A DNA stretch of 64,000 nt from Acidobacteriota bacterium (GTDB lineage: Bacteria > Acidobacteriota > CAIWXX01): the NCBI GenBank assembly GCA_040755995.1, contig JBFMAF010000044.1, forward strand, positions 35,067-99,066, in the 5' to 3' direction. The translations under genes were made by a program, and so were the position numbers. Positions 19,216 to 27,598 of this stretch are shown here, piece by piece (position 1 is the first letter of the stretch; each line of letters opens with the position of its first letter). A model generated the notes under the pieces. It was not told where the DNA came from, did not search any database, and saw only the letters and a list, made by a program, of their open reading frames with translations.

Positions 19216-22215
19216 ATGATTCAACTCTTGGTCTCGGACCGAACGGCGCGCGTCAAGTCCGTGACGAACCTCTTCATCAGGACGCTGCTGCGGCTGATGG
19301 CGGCGAATTTCAACCACCGCCGCTCTCTGCGAGAGTACCTGCGGAGCGATCAGGGGTGGATCAACTTCTCGATCGGCTTCCGCACCGACGGCGGCTCGGT
19401 CGAGACGGGCATGATCTTCCGTGACGGCCGCGTGCAAGTCATCGGAGGCATTCCCGAGAACGCGAATGTCATCCTGAGCTTCGACTCGGACCGGTCGCTC
19501 AGGAGACTGCTCTCGGCTACGCCGACCGAGCAGGTGTTCATGATTCTCAAGAGCCGCCTGAAGTACGAGGGCAGCTCCGCCTATCTCAACCTTTTCTTCT
19601 TTCTCCTTTCTCTGCTCATCATCAAGAAGCAGAAGAAGCTGATGGAGAGGGAGCGTCGCGAATCGAAGCGAAATCTGCTGAAGCAATCGCCCGCGGCCAG
19701 GACGGAGCTCAGCACGGAGCTTCAGGCGAGGCGGGCATATCGCATGAAGGCCGAGTCGATCGATCCGGGTGTGAAGTACTTGAAGGAGCCGTATCTTTCG
19801 GAATACTCACTCGACGATTTCCCGCGGGTCAAGCAGTTCTTGGATGACCACTTTGCGGTGAAGGCCGAGGTCTGCCCGGAGCTTCCGAAGCTGCTCACCG
19901 ACTGGCACAAGAGATACGGCTTCGAGATCGACCAGGCGGGCAAGCCATGGGTTCCCGTCTCAAGGAAGGCCCATGCACACAAGTACATGATGGAGAACCG
20001 GAAGCCCATCATCCACAAGAACGACCTCATCGCCGGCACGACGACCTCGAAGGATGTCGGTGTGGTCGTCTACCCCGAGGGGCACGGGACGATGATCTGG
20101 TCGGAGCTACTCACGGTGCCTCACCGGTCGCTCAATCCGTACGACGTGAGCGCAGAGACCGTACAGATACTGCACCACGAGGTGTTCCCTTACTGGGCCG
20201 GGCGCAACTTCAAGGAATGGGTGCGCGAGAAGTACCAGCGACCGCTCTGCCAGAAGATCGACGAGCGCTTCGCGGTCTACTTCGACTGGAAGTCGGTGAC
20301 GATCTCGCACACTGTCCCGGATTTCCCCAAGGTCATGCGCCTGGGTGCTCGCGGCATGATCGAGGAGATACGGGCGGAGCTCGGGTCAGGCGACTGTGAC
20401 GCCGAGAAACGGGCCACGCTCGATGCGATGGTCCTGGTTCTCGAGGGCCTCACGACATACTCCAAGAACCTGGCGCGACAGGCTGGTCGCGAGGCGGATG
20501 CCGAGTCCGATGCGAGGCGAAAGGCGGAGCTCTATCGGCTGTCGGAGATCTGCGCGCAGGTGGTGGAGAACCCGGCGCGCACCCTGGATGAGGCGGTCAA
20601 CGCCATGTGGATCACATGGGTGGGGCTGCACCTGGAGAGCACCAACGCGGGTCTCTCGCTCGGCAGGCTCGACCAGTGGCTCCAACCGTACTTCGCGGCA
20701 GACATCGCGAAGCTCCAATCGGACGAGGAACGCGAGGAATACGTCCGGCGCGCAATCGAGCTTGTCGGCTGCTTCTACATGCGCTCGACCGACCATCTGC
20801 CGCTCACCCCCGACGTCGCCAACTTCTACTTCGGCGGCAGCTCCTCGGACCAGGCGATCACGCTTGGCGGCGTCACCCCCGACGGTGAAGACGCCGTCTG
20901 CGACATGACATACATCTTCCTCAAGGTCACCGAGATGCTCTCCATCCGCGACCCGAACGTCAACGCCCGGTTCCATCCCGGCAAGAACAGCGACACGTAT
21001 CTGAAGCGGCTCTGCGAGGTGAATCTCATCACCTCTGCCACACCGTCGATGCACAATGACGAGGTAGTCATGACCTCGCTGCGGCAGTTCCCTTACGACG
21101 AGCGCGATCGCCGCAACTGGGCCGCAACCGGCTGCGTCGAGCCCACGTTGTGCTCGAAGCACATCGGCCATACCAACATGCAGATGATGAACATGGTAGC
21201 TGCGCTCGAAATGGCCTTGAACAACGGCAGGCATCCGGTGATGAATTGGAAGCTCGGTCCGGAGACCGGTGAGATCGAGAACGGAACCTTCGAGACCTTC
21301 GACGGCTTTTTCGATGCCTTCACGACTCAATTCAAATTCCTGATCGACCAGTCGATCCAGTACAACAACATGCTGGCCGAGGCCCATCAGTACCTGCGGC
21401 CTACCCCCCTGCTCTCCTCGCTCATCGGCGGGTGCATCGAGAAAGGCCGCGACGTCACCAAGGGAGGCGCCGTATACAACAGCTCGGGTGCGGCCATCAT
21501 CGGGCTCGCCGACGTCACCGACTCCCTCATGGTCATCAAGAAGCTGGTCTACGATGAGAAGAAGGTCACCTTCGCCCAGCTCAAGCGGGCGGTCGACTCG
21601 AACTTCGAGAATGCGCCTGCGCTCTACGCCATGGTCACCAACAAGGTCCCGCTCTTCGGATCGGGCAGTACCGAGGCTGTGGCCATGGCCAACCGCGTCA
21701 CGAAGTGGGCGCACGACTACTACTCGAGCCTGCCGCACTACCGCGGCGGCAAGTACACCGTAGGGTTCTGGTCGATGTCCAACCATGTCATCTACGGCAC
21801 CCTCACCGGCGCTCTGCCGTCGGGCCGGCGCGCCGGGAAGCCCTTCACCCCGGGCCTCACACCCCAGCCGTGCGCGTCCCGCAACCTCCTCGACAACATC
21901 AAAGACGTGGCCATGCTCGACCCGGCCAACATCACCAACAACATGGCGTTCAACGTCAAGGTAGTCCCGCACAGCGGCGACCCGCGTGAAAAGACCGTCA
22001 GCCACATGTTCTCGTACGTCAAGTCGTACTTCCAACTGGGCGGCATGCAGATGCAGATGAATGTCGTGACCTCCGATACGCTCCGGGATGCCATGGCCCA
22101 CCCCGAGAATTACCGCAACCTGCTGGTGCGCATCTCCGGCTACAACGCCTACTTCGTTACCCTCAACCGGGACATGCAGATCGAGCTCATAGAGCGCGCG
22201 GAGTACGGGTTGTGA
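19216..22215 (+). CDS. Glycyl radical enzyme (PFL2/eliminase class) with N-terminal SCP2-like extension
   Basis: SLGRLDQWL, single-Cys active-site loop GCVEP, C-terminal glycyl motif LLVRISGYNAYF. Confidence 0.92.
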   Translation: MIQLLVSDRTARVKSVTNLFIRTLLRLMAANFNHRRSLREYLRSDQGWINFSIGFRTDGGSVETGMIFRDGRVQVIGGIPENANVILSFDSDRSLRRLLSATPTEQVFMILKSRLKYEGSSAYLNLFFFLLSLLIIKKQKKLMERERRESKRNLLKQSPAARTELSTELQARRAYRMKAESIDPGVKYLKEPYLSEYSLDDFPRVKQFLDDHFAVKAEVCPELPKLLTDWHKRYGFEIDQAGKPWVPVSRKAHAHKYMMENRKPIIHKNDLIAGTTTSKDVGVVVYPEGHGTMIWSELLTVPHRSLNPYDVSAETVQILHHEVFPYWAGRNFKEWVREKYQRPLCQKIDERFAVYFDWKSVTISHTVPDFPKVMRLGARGMIEEIRAELGSGDCDAEKRATLDAMVLVLEGLTTYSKNLARQAGREADAESDARRKAELYRLSEICAQVVENPARTLDEAVNAMWITWVGLHLESTNAGLSLGRLDQWLQPYFAADIAKLQSDEEREEYVRRAIELVGCFYMRSTDHLPLTPDVANFYFGGSSSDQAITLGGVTPDGEDAVCDMTYIFLKVTEMLSIRDPNVNARFHPGKNSDTYLKRLCEVNLITSATPSMHNDEVVMTSLRQFPYDERDRRNWAATGCVEPTLCSKHIGHTNMQMMNMVAALEMALNNGRHPVMNWKLGPETGEIENGTFETFDGFFDAFTTQFKFLIDQSIQYNNMLAEAHQYLRPTPLLSSLIGGCIEKGRDVTKGGAVYNSSGAAIIGLADVTDSLMVIKKLVYDEKKVTFAQLKRAVDSNFENAPALYAMVTNKVPLFGSGSTEAVAMANRVTKWAHDYYSSLPHYRGGKYTVGFWSMSNHVIYGTLTGALPSGRRAGKPFTPGLTPQPCASRNLLDNIKDVAMLDPANITNNMAFNVKVVPHSGDPREKTVSHMFSYVKSYFQLGGMQMQMNVVTSDTLRDAMAHPENYRNLLVRISGYNAYFVTLNRDMQIELIERAEYGL

Positions 22216-22276
22216 CTCAGGGCTATGCGGGTGGGCCGGGCGCGTACTGACGACGAAGTCGGGCCAGGAGGGATGC

Positions 22277-22355
22277 GACGCGGAGACGCGGAGCCACGGA
22301 GACGCGGGGAAAGAGAAGAACGCCGAAATGCGGGGACACGGAGACGCGGTGACGC
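22277..22355. repeat. Largest member of a dispersed octamer tandem repeat family (GGAGACGC/GGGACACG/GGTGACGC)
   Basis: Related arrays at 18009-18036, 25964-25997, 27431-27464, 34708-34745 and 39860-39893 (last on the opposite strand). Confidence 0.75.
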
Positions 22356-22357
22356 TC

Positions 22358-23305
22358 ATGAACAGCCAGCCGGACCTCGGCGCCAGGCCCGGGACGGAGC
22401 GACCGCCGCTGCTGTTCGAGATCAAGGGCAACTCGCTCGATGACGGCCCGGGCATCCGAACGGTCGTCTTCTTCAAGGGCTGCCCGCTCAGGTGCCGGTG
22501 GTGCCATAACCCCGAGGGTATGCGCGCAGGTCCCGAGATTTCGTACGATGCCGGCAAGTGCGCCTCTTGCGATCAGTGTATCGCGCTATGCCCGAAAAAG
22601 GCGCTCGCGCGCGACAACCCGCATTTCGTGGACCGTGAGCGTTGCGATCTCTGCGGCGAGTGCTTCGATCAATGCCCTTCCGGCGCTCTGAGAAAGGTCG
22701 GCCTCCCGCTCCCTGTCGAGACCGTCGTTGAATGGGTGCTAAGCGATAGGCCGTTTTTCGACAACTCCGGTGGAGGCGTGACACTCTCCGGCGGCGAGCC
22801 GTGTCTCTACATGCACTACGTCTCGCTCTTGGCTGCGCAACTCCACGAACACGGTATCCACGTGCTGCTCGAAACCTGCGGCTGGTTCGACTACGAGCGG
22901 TTCCGGGAGACTGTCCTGCCCCACCTGGACATGATCTACTACGACATCAAGCTCTTTGATAGCGCGCCGCATCGCGAGTACTGCGGCGTTCCCAATTCCC
23001 TTGTTCTAGACAACTTCACGCGCTTGCTCAGGGACGCGAAGAACGGTCGTCCGTCGATCCTGCCCCGCACGCCACTGGTGCCGGGGATCACGGACACCGA
23101 GGCAAACCTGCGCGCAATCGCAGGTTTCCTGAGGGACCAGGGTGTGAGATTCGCGGCCCTCCTAGCCTACAATCCACTCTGGCCGGAGAAGAGCCGCAGC
23201 CTCGGCACCGAGCCCGGCCGGAGTCTGGCCGCGGCGAAGTTCATGAGTCGCGACGAGATCGAACGCTGCAGGCGCATCTTCGCCGCCGCCGGCGTCGAGA
23301 CGTGA
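22358..23305 (+). CDS. Glycyl-radical enzyme activating enzyme (radical SAM with ferredoxin insert)
   Basis: DGPGIRTVVFFKGCPLRCRWCHNPE, two CxxCxxCxxxCP ferredoxin motifs, GGGVTLSGGEP. Confidence 0.93.
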   Translation: MNSQPDLGARPGTERPPLLFEIKGNSLDDGPGIRTVVFFKGCPLRCRWCHNPEGMRAGPEISYDAGKCASCDQCIALCPKKALARDNPHFVDRERCDLCGECFDQCPSGALRKVGLPLPVETVVEWVLSDRPFFDNSGGGVTLSGGEPCLYMHYVSLLAAQLHEHGIHVLLETCGWFDYERFRETVLPHLDMIYYDIKLFDSAPHREYCGVPNSLVLDNFTRLLRDAKNGRPSILPRTPLVPGITDTEANLRAIAGFLRDQGVRFAALLAYNPLWPEKSRSLGTEPGRSLAAAKFMSRDEIERCRRIFAAAGVET

Positions 23306-23364
23306 GCGAGCCGCGGGACGGGCGCGGGTCCGGCGGTAGTAGCGGTTCTCCTCCGCGCTTCGGG

Positions 23365-23898
23365 CTACTCGTCCATCTTGTACACGTCGGCTCCGCCGAC
23401 CGACCGCGCTTCGGTGCGCGTCTTCACCTGGCCGCCGCAGCTCGGGCAAGTCGTGGTGGCGTCGGTGATTCGGAACTCGGCGCCGCAGTACTCGCAGGTT
23501 CGGACGGCGAGCCGAGGCTGGAGGTCGCGGAAGACGTAGTACCAGCTGCCCGCCCTCGGCAGGCGCTCGCACAGCCCCTCGGCGCTCATGGTGTCGAGGA
23601 CGCTCGTCGCGTGGCGTGCGCGGGCTCCGAGTGCGGCTTCGACATCCGCCCAGGAGATCTCTCCGTTGCGCCGCCGTGCGACTTCCATGATCTCTCCTCG
23701 CAGCCGCTCCGGAGACACCGCCTCGGCCTGCTTGTAAAGCCTCAAACCCACCCCGATGAGAATCGCTCCGGCGGCAAGAAGAAGCAGAGCCACGGTGTAG
23801 CGCGCCGCCTGCCCGGCCGCCCCCACCACGAACAACAGCCCGAGCGCCACGCTCACGATTCCGACTGGAACCAAGAGAATGCATGCAATCCTCTTCAT
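23365..23898 (-). CDS. Hypothetical membrane protein with C-terminal zinc ribbon
   Basis: Two TM helices after MKRIACILL; CEYCG...CPSCGG. Confidence 0.65.
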   Translation of the reverse strand: MKRIACILLVPVGIVSVALGLLFVVGAAGQAARYTVALLLLAAGAILIGVGLRLYKQAEAVSPERLRGEIMEVARRRNGEISWADVEAALGARARHATSVLDTMSAEGLCERLPRAGSWYYVFRDLQPRLAVRTCEYCGAEFRITDATTTCPSCGGQVKTRTEARSVGGADVYKMDE

Positions 23899-23932
23899 GA
23901 TCGCATCAAAGCCCCCAACTCTGCGGCCCCTG

Positions 23933-24301
23933 CTAGGCTCCCAGCGGCAGCGGACGGACGCGATGGCGGGATTCCTCGACCACAACGATCGCCCCCCGTT
24001 CGATCGCCAACGACGAGTCGACCAGCACTTTCCTAAGTCGGTCGATGACATGATGTGTGCTTGTGTTGTGAAGTCGAAAGATGATTACACTTCGGACCAC
24101 CCCCGCTGACATGGCGAGGATCTCGCCGAAATCAAGATCGAACGTAAGCAGGATGCGGGACTCGTCGTATGTCTTCTGGAAGATGGCCACATCGGGAAGT
24201 CTCCCTAATTCCTCCTCTCGAAGATGGAGAGCATCGTGTCCGTTGGCACGCAGCCAGTCCACCACCCTCTGTGCGACCCCCATGTCGGCGAGGAACCTCA
24301 T
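23933..24301 (-). CDS. DUF5615-family PIN-like toxin
   Basis: MRFLADMGV...LRANGHDA.H...LPDVAIF...RILLTFDLDFGE...RVRPLP. Confidence 0.88.
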   Translation of the reverse strand: MRFLADMGVAQRVVDWLRANGHDALHLREEELGRLPDVAIFQKTYDESRILLTFDLDFGEILAMSAGVVRSVIIFRLHNTSTHHVIDRLRKVLVDSSLAIERGAIVVVEESRHRVRPLPLGA

Positions 24302-24310
24302 TGGGCGCGC

Positions 24311-24526
24311 TCAGGCCGAGTGGACTTCCTCTTGCGCGAGCCAGGCTGCGTACTCGAGAGCCTGTCGAATATCGTCGGATTCAAGGTCTGGATAGTCAGC
24401 GAGCACCTCATCCACGCTCGCGCCATGTGCAACCTGTCCGACGATCACCGAGACGGGAATCCGCATCCCACGGATGCAGGCACGACCTCCGAGGATCTGG
24501 GGATCAAACGTTATTCGGTCGAACAT
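24311..24526 (-). CDS. DUF433-family antitoxin
   Basis: RITFDPQILGGRACIRGMRIPV...YPDLE..DIRQALEYAA; start set at ATG 24526 with GGAGAGGA RBS. Confidence 0.9.
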   Translation of the reverse strand: MFDRITFDPQILGGRACIRGMRIPVSVIVGQVAHGASVDEVLADYPDLESDDIRQALEYAAWLAQEEVHSA

Positions 24527-24646
24527 GCGCTCCTCTCCTGAGAGAAACGACCTCACATCTTCATACTCCGGCATGGATCGAAAGGCAAGACCCCGTCCCT
24601 CCCTCCCTCGTCCTGTCCCTTTCGCCTTTCCCCTTTTCCCTCTCGC

Positions 24647-25894
24647 TCATCCCCACTGCGCCTTGGCTTGCAGCGACAGCTCTTGGCCCATCGTCTCGAA
24701 GTACAACTTGATGTTGTCCGCGGTGAAGACATTCTGGGTGAGGGCCGCCACCTGTGAGGCGAAATCCTGAGGGTGGAGTGACAGATCTTTAGAAACCGCG
24801 TCCCTTAGCTGGTCGAAGTGCCGTCCGTACTGCATGCTCCGGTCGGGCACCTCGATCTGCAGTTTGGCCAGCGGGTACCGCTTCTCGTTCTCGATCATCT
24901 TGGTGACGCTCTCCATGAAGGCATCCATGCCGGTCTTGAGCCCGCGCACCAGGCCGATGATCTCCTGGCACGCCTTCATGCCGTCGGCGAAACGGCGGTG
25001 ATGCAGATTCAGTTGAGCCATCTCGTCGATGCTACCCTCGAGATCCGGCCGATCCGGTGTCAGGCGCATGGCGCAGATGTGGCAGAAATGGTTGGATGCC
25101 GGGTTGGGAGACGCGCAGCGCGGGCAGGCCGGGTCGCCGGGTTTCGGCGGTGGAGGCATCGTCGCCTTCTCGAACAGCACCCGCTCCAGCGAGCTGCGCG
25201 CTATCACCTGCGATCGGGATTGCTCAAGGTAGTCTATCTTCGCCTGCACGGCCGCCGCATCGCTCTCGAGCTTCACCCATTCGCCTCGCAGCTCCCGCTC
25301 CCGCTCGACACCTTCCGCCTCCGTTTCCTTCCAGCGCGTTCGCAACGCGTCGATTCGCGCAGCCACGTCGCCCTGTTCCCTGTCCAGCCTCTTCCGCTCG
25401 GCTGCCAGCGCCCGCATCCGGAACAGGTTCGAGAAGAAACCGAATCCGCGGCCCATCTGGCGGATCCGATCGTTGTACCCGCGGATCTGCTCCAGGAGCT
25501 TCACGCTGCGAATCTTCAGAGCCTCCTCCTCGGCATCCAGCGACGTATTCTTCCGGCGCACCAGCTTCTCCAGCTCCAGCGATCGCCTCCGCCGCTCCTC
25601 GGCCTCCTTCGCCAGAGACGCGTGACGTTCCTGAATCCGGGCCAACTCCTGATCGAACTCCTTCGTCGCCGCCGCCTCGGCAGAGGTCAGGGCTGCGTCA
25701 AGCCATCCGGGCAATGCAGCCCGGCCGGCCCGCACATGCCCGTCCAGTTGCCCCAACTCCGCCTCCCTCACCCGCGCGACTTCGCTGAAGAACGACTCGT
25801 ACTTCGTCTGCAGCGCGCAGAGCTTCTCCTCAGCCCCCTTGAGCGCATCCCGGCGGCCTGCGAGGTATTTCTCGAAATCACTGAGACGCCCCAT
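24647..25894 (-). CDS. Long coiled-coil protein with double zinc ribbon
   Basis: E/R/K/L heptad-rich; CPRCASPNPASNHFCHIC; ATG 25894 lies 8 nt after the radical SAM stop. Confidence 0.7.
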   Translation of the reverse strand: MGRLSDFEKYLAGRRDALKGAEEKLCALQTKYESFFSEVARVREAELGQLDGHVRAGRAALPGWLDAALTSAEAAATKEFDQELARIQERHASLAKEAEERRRRSLELEKLVRRKNTSLDAEEEALKIRSVKLLEQIRGYNDRIRQMGRGFGFFSNLFRMRALAAERKRLDREQGDVAARIDALRTRWKETEAEGVERERELRGEWVKLESDAAAVQAKIDYLEQSRSQVIARSSLERVLFEKATMPPPPKPGDPACPRCASPNPASNHFCHICAMRLTPDRPDLEGSIDEMAQLNLHHRRFADGMKACQEIIGLVRGLKTGMDAFMESVTKMIENEKRYPLAKLQIEVPDRSMQYGRHFDQLRDAVSKDLSLHPQDFASQVAALTQNVFTADNIKLYFETMGQELSLQAKAQWG

Positions 25895-25902
25895 TTCTGC
25901 GT

Positions 25903-27576
25903 TCACCTGCTCATGTGGGTTACGGTTGGCTGTTCGTCTTGCATGGGTAAGGCACGGGCATCCGACGCGGAGACACGGGGACGCGGGGATACGGTGAAAC
26001 CGACCCCGTAGCTCCTCCCGCGCTTGCGCAGCCGCTCCCAGCTCGCGCGCGCGCGTGTATCCCCGGCGCCGGCCCGCGGGATCTCGCCAAAACCCCCGGC
26101 CACGTCCCAGTATAGCGGGCATGCACCCGCGCACACATCCACGTCAGCGCACTCCGTGCATGCCGGCGGCACGTACAGTCTCTTCTTCCAGTACTCCGCG
26201 GCCCGGCCGCGCCGGATACTTTCGTACGAGTGCGTCAGCAGAGACCCGATCCCCTGCGCGAAAGACGAGCACGGCAGCACCTCACCGTCGGGCGCCACCG
26301 AAAGTATTCCGCTGACGCATGCGCAGGACTTCGCACCGAGCCCGTGCAGGACGGGATTGAAGATGCAGTAGGGGATCGGCGAGTACCACACAAGGCGCAC
26401 CGATTCGCTGCGAGCCGTGTCCAGCAGTGCCGGCAGTCTCCTGCCCACCTCCGTGTAGCTCACTTCCATGTCGTCCCTGCTCAACGCAGTGCCGGTGCGG
26501 ATCACCATGTTCATGGAGATGGTGCCCAAGCCGAGGTCGCGGCCGGCGAACCGGATGAGATCGTGCGCGGCATCGAGGTTCGCGGCGCAGAGCGTGCTGT
26601 TCGTGTGCACATGAATCCCGAGTCGCTGGAAGTGGCGAATGCCCGCTACGGTCTGTTCGAAGGCCCCCTCGCGCCCCACGATTCGATCGTGGACTTGGGC
26701 GCAGCCGGCTTCCAACGAGACTTGGGCCGATGCCAGTCCGGAATCTGAGAGTAGCCGGGTGTAGGAAAGATCCGCGGCGCGCACACCGTTGGTGATGAGG
26801 TTCACCCTGAAGCCGAGCGAAGCGCCGTAGGCGATCAGCTCCGGCAGCTCCGGCCGCAACGTGGCCTCCCCACCCGTGAAGCTCAGCGACGGCACATGAG
26901 CCTCGTGGAAAATGCGATCCATCACACGCTCCACCTCGTCCACCGACATCATCCGATGCTCGCGCGCCCTCAGAGGGCTGGCAGCGTAGCAGAAGGCGCA
27001 TCGGTTCTGGCAGCCGTAGGTGAGCGCGATCTCGGCGAGCGTTGGATACCGCACCATGGCGGGCGTGAACGAGCCGAGCCGCAGGTTTGGCGACGGCGAG
27101 AAATCCTCGTGAAGTATCCGCCGCAGGGTCTGGACGAGCCCATCCGCGTCGGTCACAAGCTGCTCCGCCGGCACACCCACCTCTGATGAGAGCGCGCACA
27201 GGACCTCCGCTGCCGGCCGCCCCTCGCGATTGTACAGCGCAGCCAGGATCTTGACCGCCGAGTCGTTCAGACCGAGGGTCTTGTCGGGGCGTATCATCAG
27301 CAAGCGGTCGACCTGCCGCACGAAGATCGCAGCCCGAGTCGACTCTACGAACCGATCGATCTCTGAAAGGAGAGGGTGGGTCGATTCGGTCTCGATTGTG
27401 GCGTCTTCGGGTCTGCGGCGATTCGAATCCGACGCGGTGGCGCGGTGACGCGGTGACGCGGAGAGGTCCTCGCACAAATCACCGTGTCTTGGTGTCTCCG
27501 CCTCCCCGATTCCCCGATTCCCCGATTCTCCGTTTCGGATGCGAATCCCCACGCGGCTGCCGATCCCATTCAGCAT
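25903..27576 (-). CDS. RRE (PqqD-like)-radical SAM-SPASM enzyme (start uncertain; recognisable protein begins near 27395)
   Basis: N-terminal LGLNDSAVKIL RRE-like domain, CQNRCAFC, FTGGEA, SPASM KSCAC...DGEVLPCSS...CTECADVDVCAGACP. Confidence 0.88.
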   Translation of the reverse strand: MLNGIGSRVGIRIRNGESGNRGIGEAETPRHGDLCEDLSASPRHRATASDSNRRRPEDATIETESTHPLLSEIDRFVESTRAAIFVRQVDRLLMIRPDKTLGLNDSAVKILAALYNREGRPAAEVLCALSSEVGVPAEQLVTDADGLVQTLRRILHEDFSPSPNLRLGSFTPAMVRYPTLAEIALTYGCQNRCAFCYAASPLRAREHRMMSVDEVERVMDRIFHEAHVPSLSFTGGEATLRPELPELIAYGASLGFRVNLITNGVRAADLSYTRLLSDSGLASAQVSLEAGCAQVHDRIVGREGAFEQTVAGIRHFQRLGIHVHTNSTLCAANLDAAHDLIRFAGRDLGLGTISMNMVIRTGTALSRDDMEVSYTEVGRRLPALLDTARSESVRLVWYSPIPYCIFNPVLHGLGAKSCACVSGILSVAPDGEVLPCSSFAQGIGSLLTHSYESIRRGRAAEYWKKRLYVPPACTECADVDVCAGACPLYWDVAGGFGEIPRAGAGDTRARASWERLRKRGRSYGVGFTVSPRPRVSASDARALPMQDEQPTVTHMSR

Positions 27577-27598
27577 TCCTGACAGCACCGCGCGACCT

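Noticed and set aside
19216..22215. Canonical pyruvate formate-lyase (pflB)
   Set aside because: Lacks the adjacent Cys-Cys pair; has a single-Cys GCVEP loop.
20386..22557. 723-aa minus-strand ORF
   Set aside because: Antisense shadow of the glycyl radical enzyme in GC-rich DNA; no recognisable motifs.
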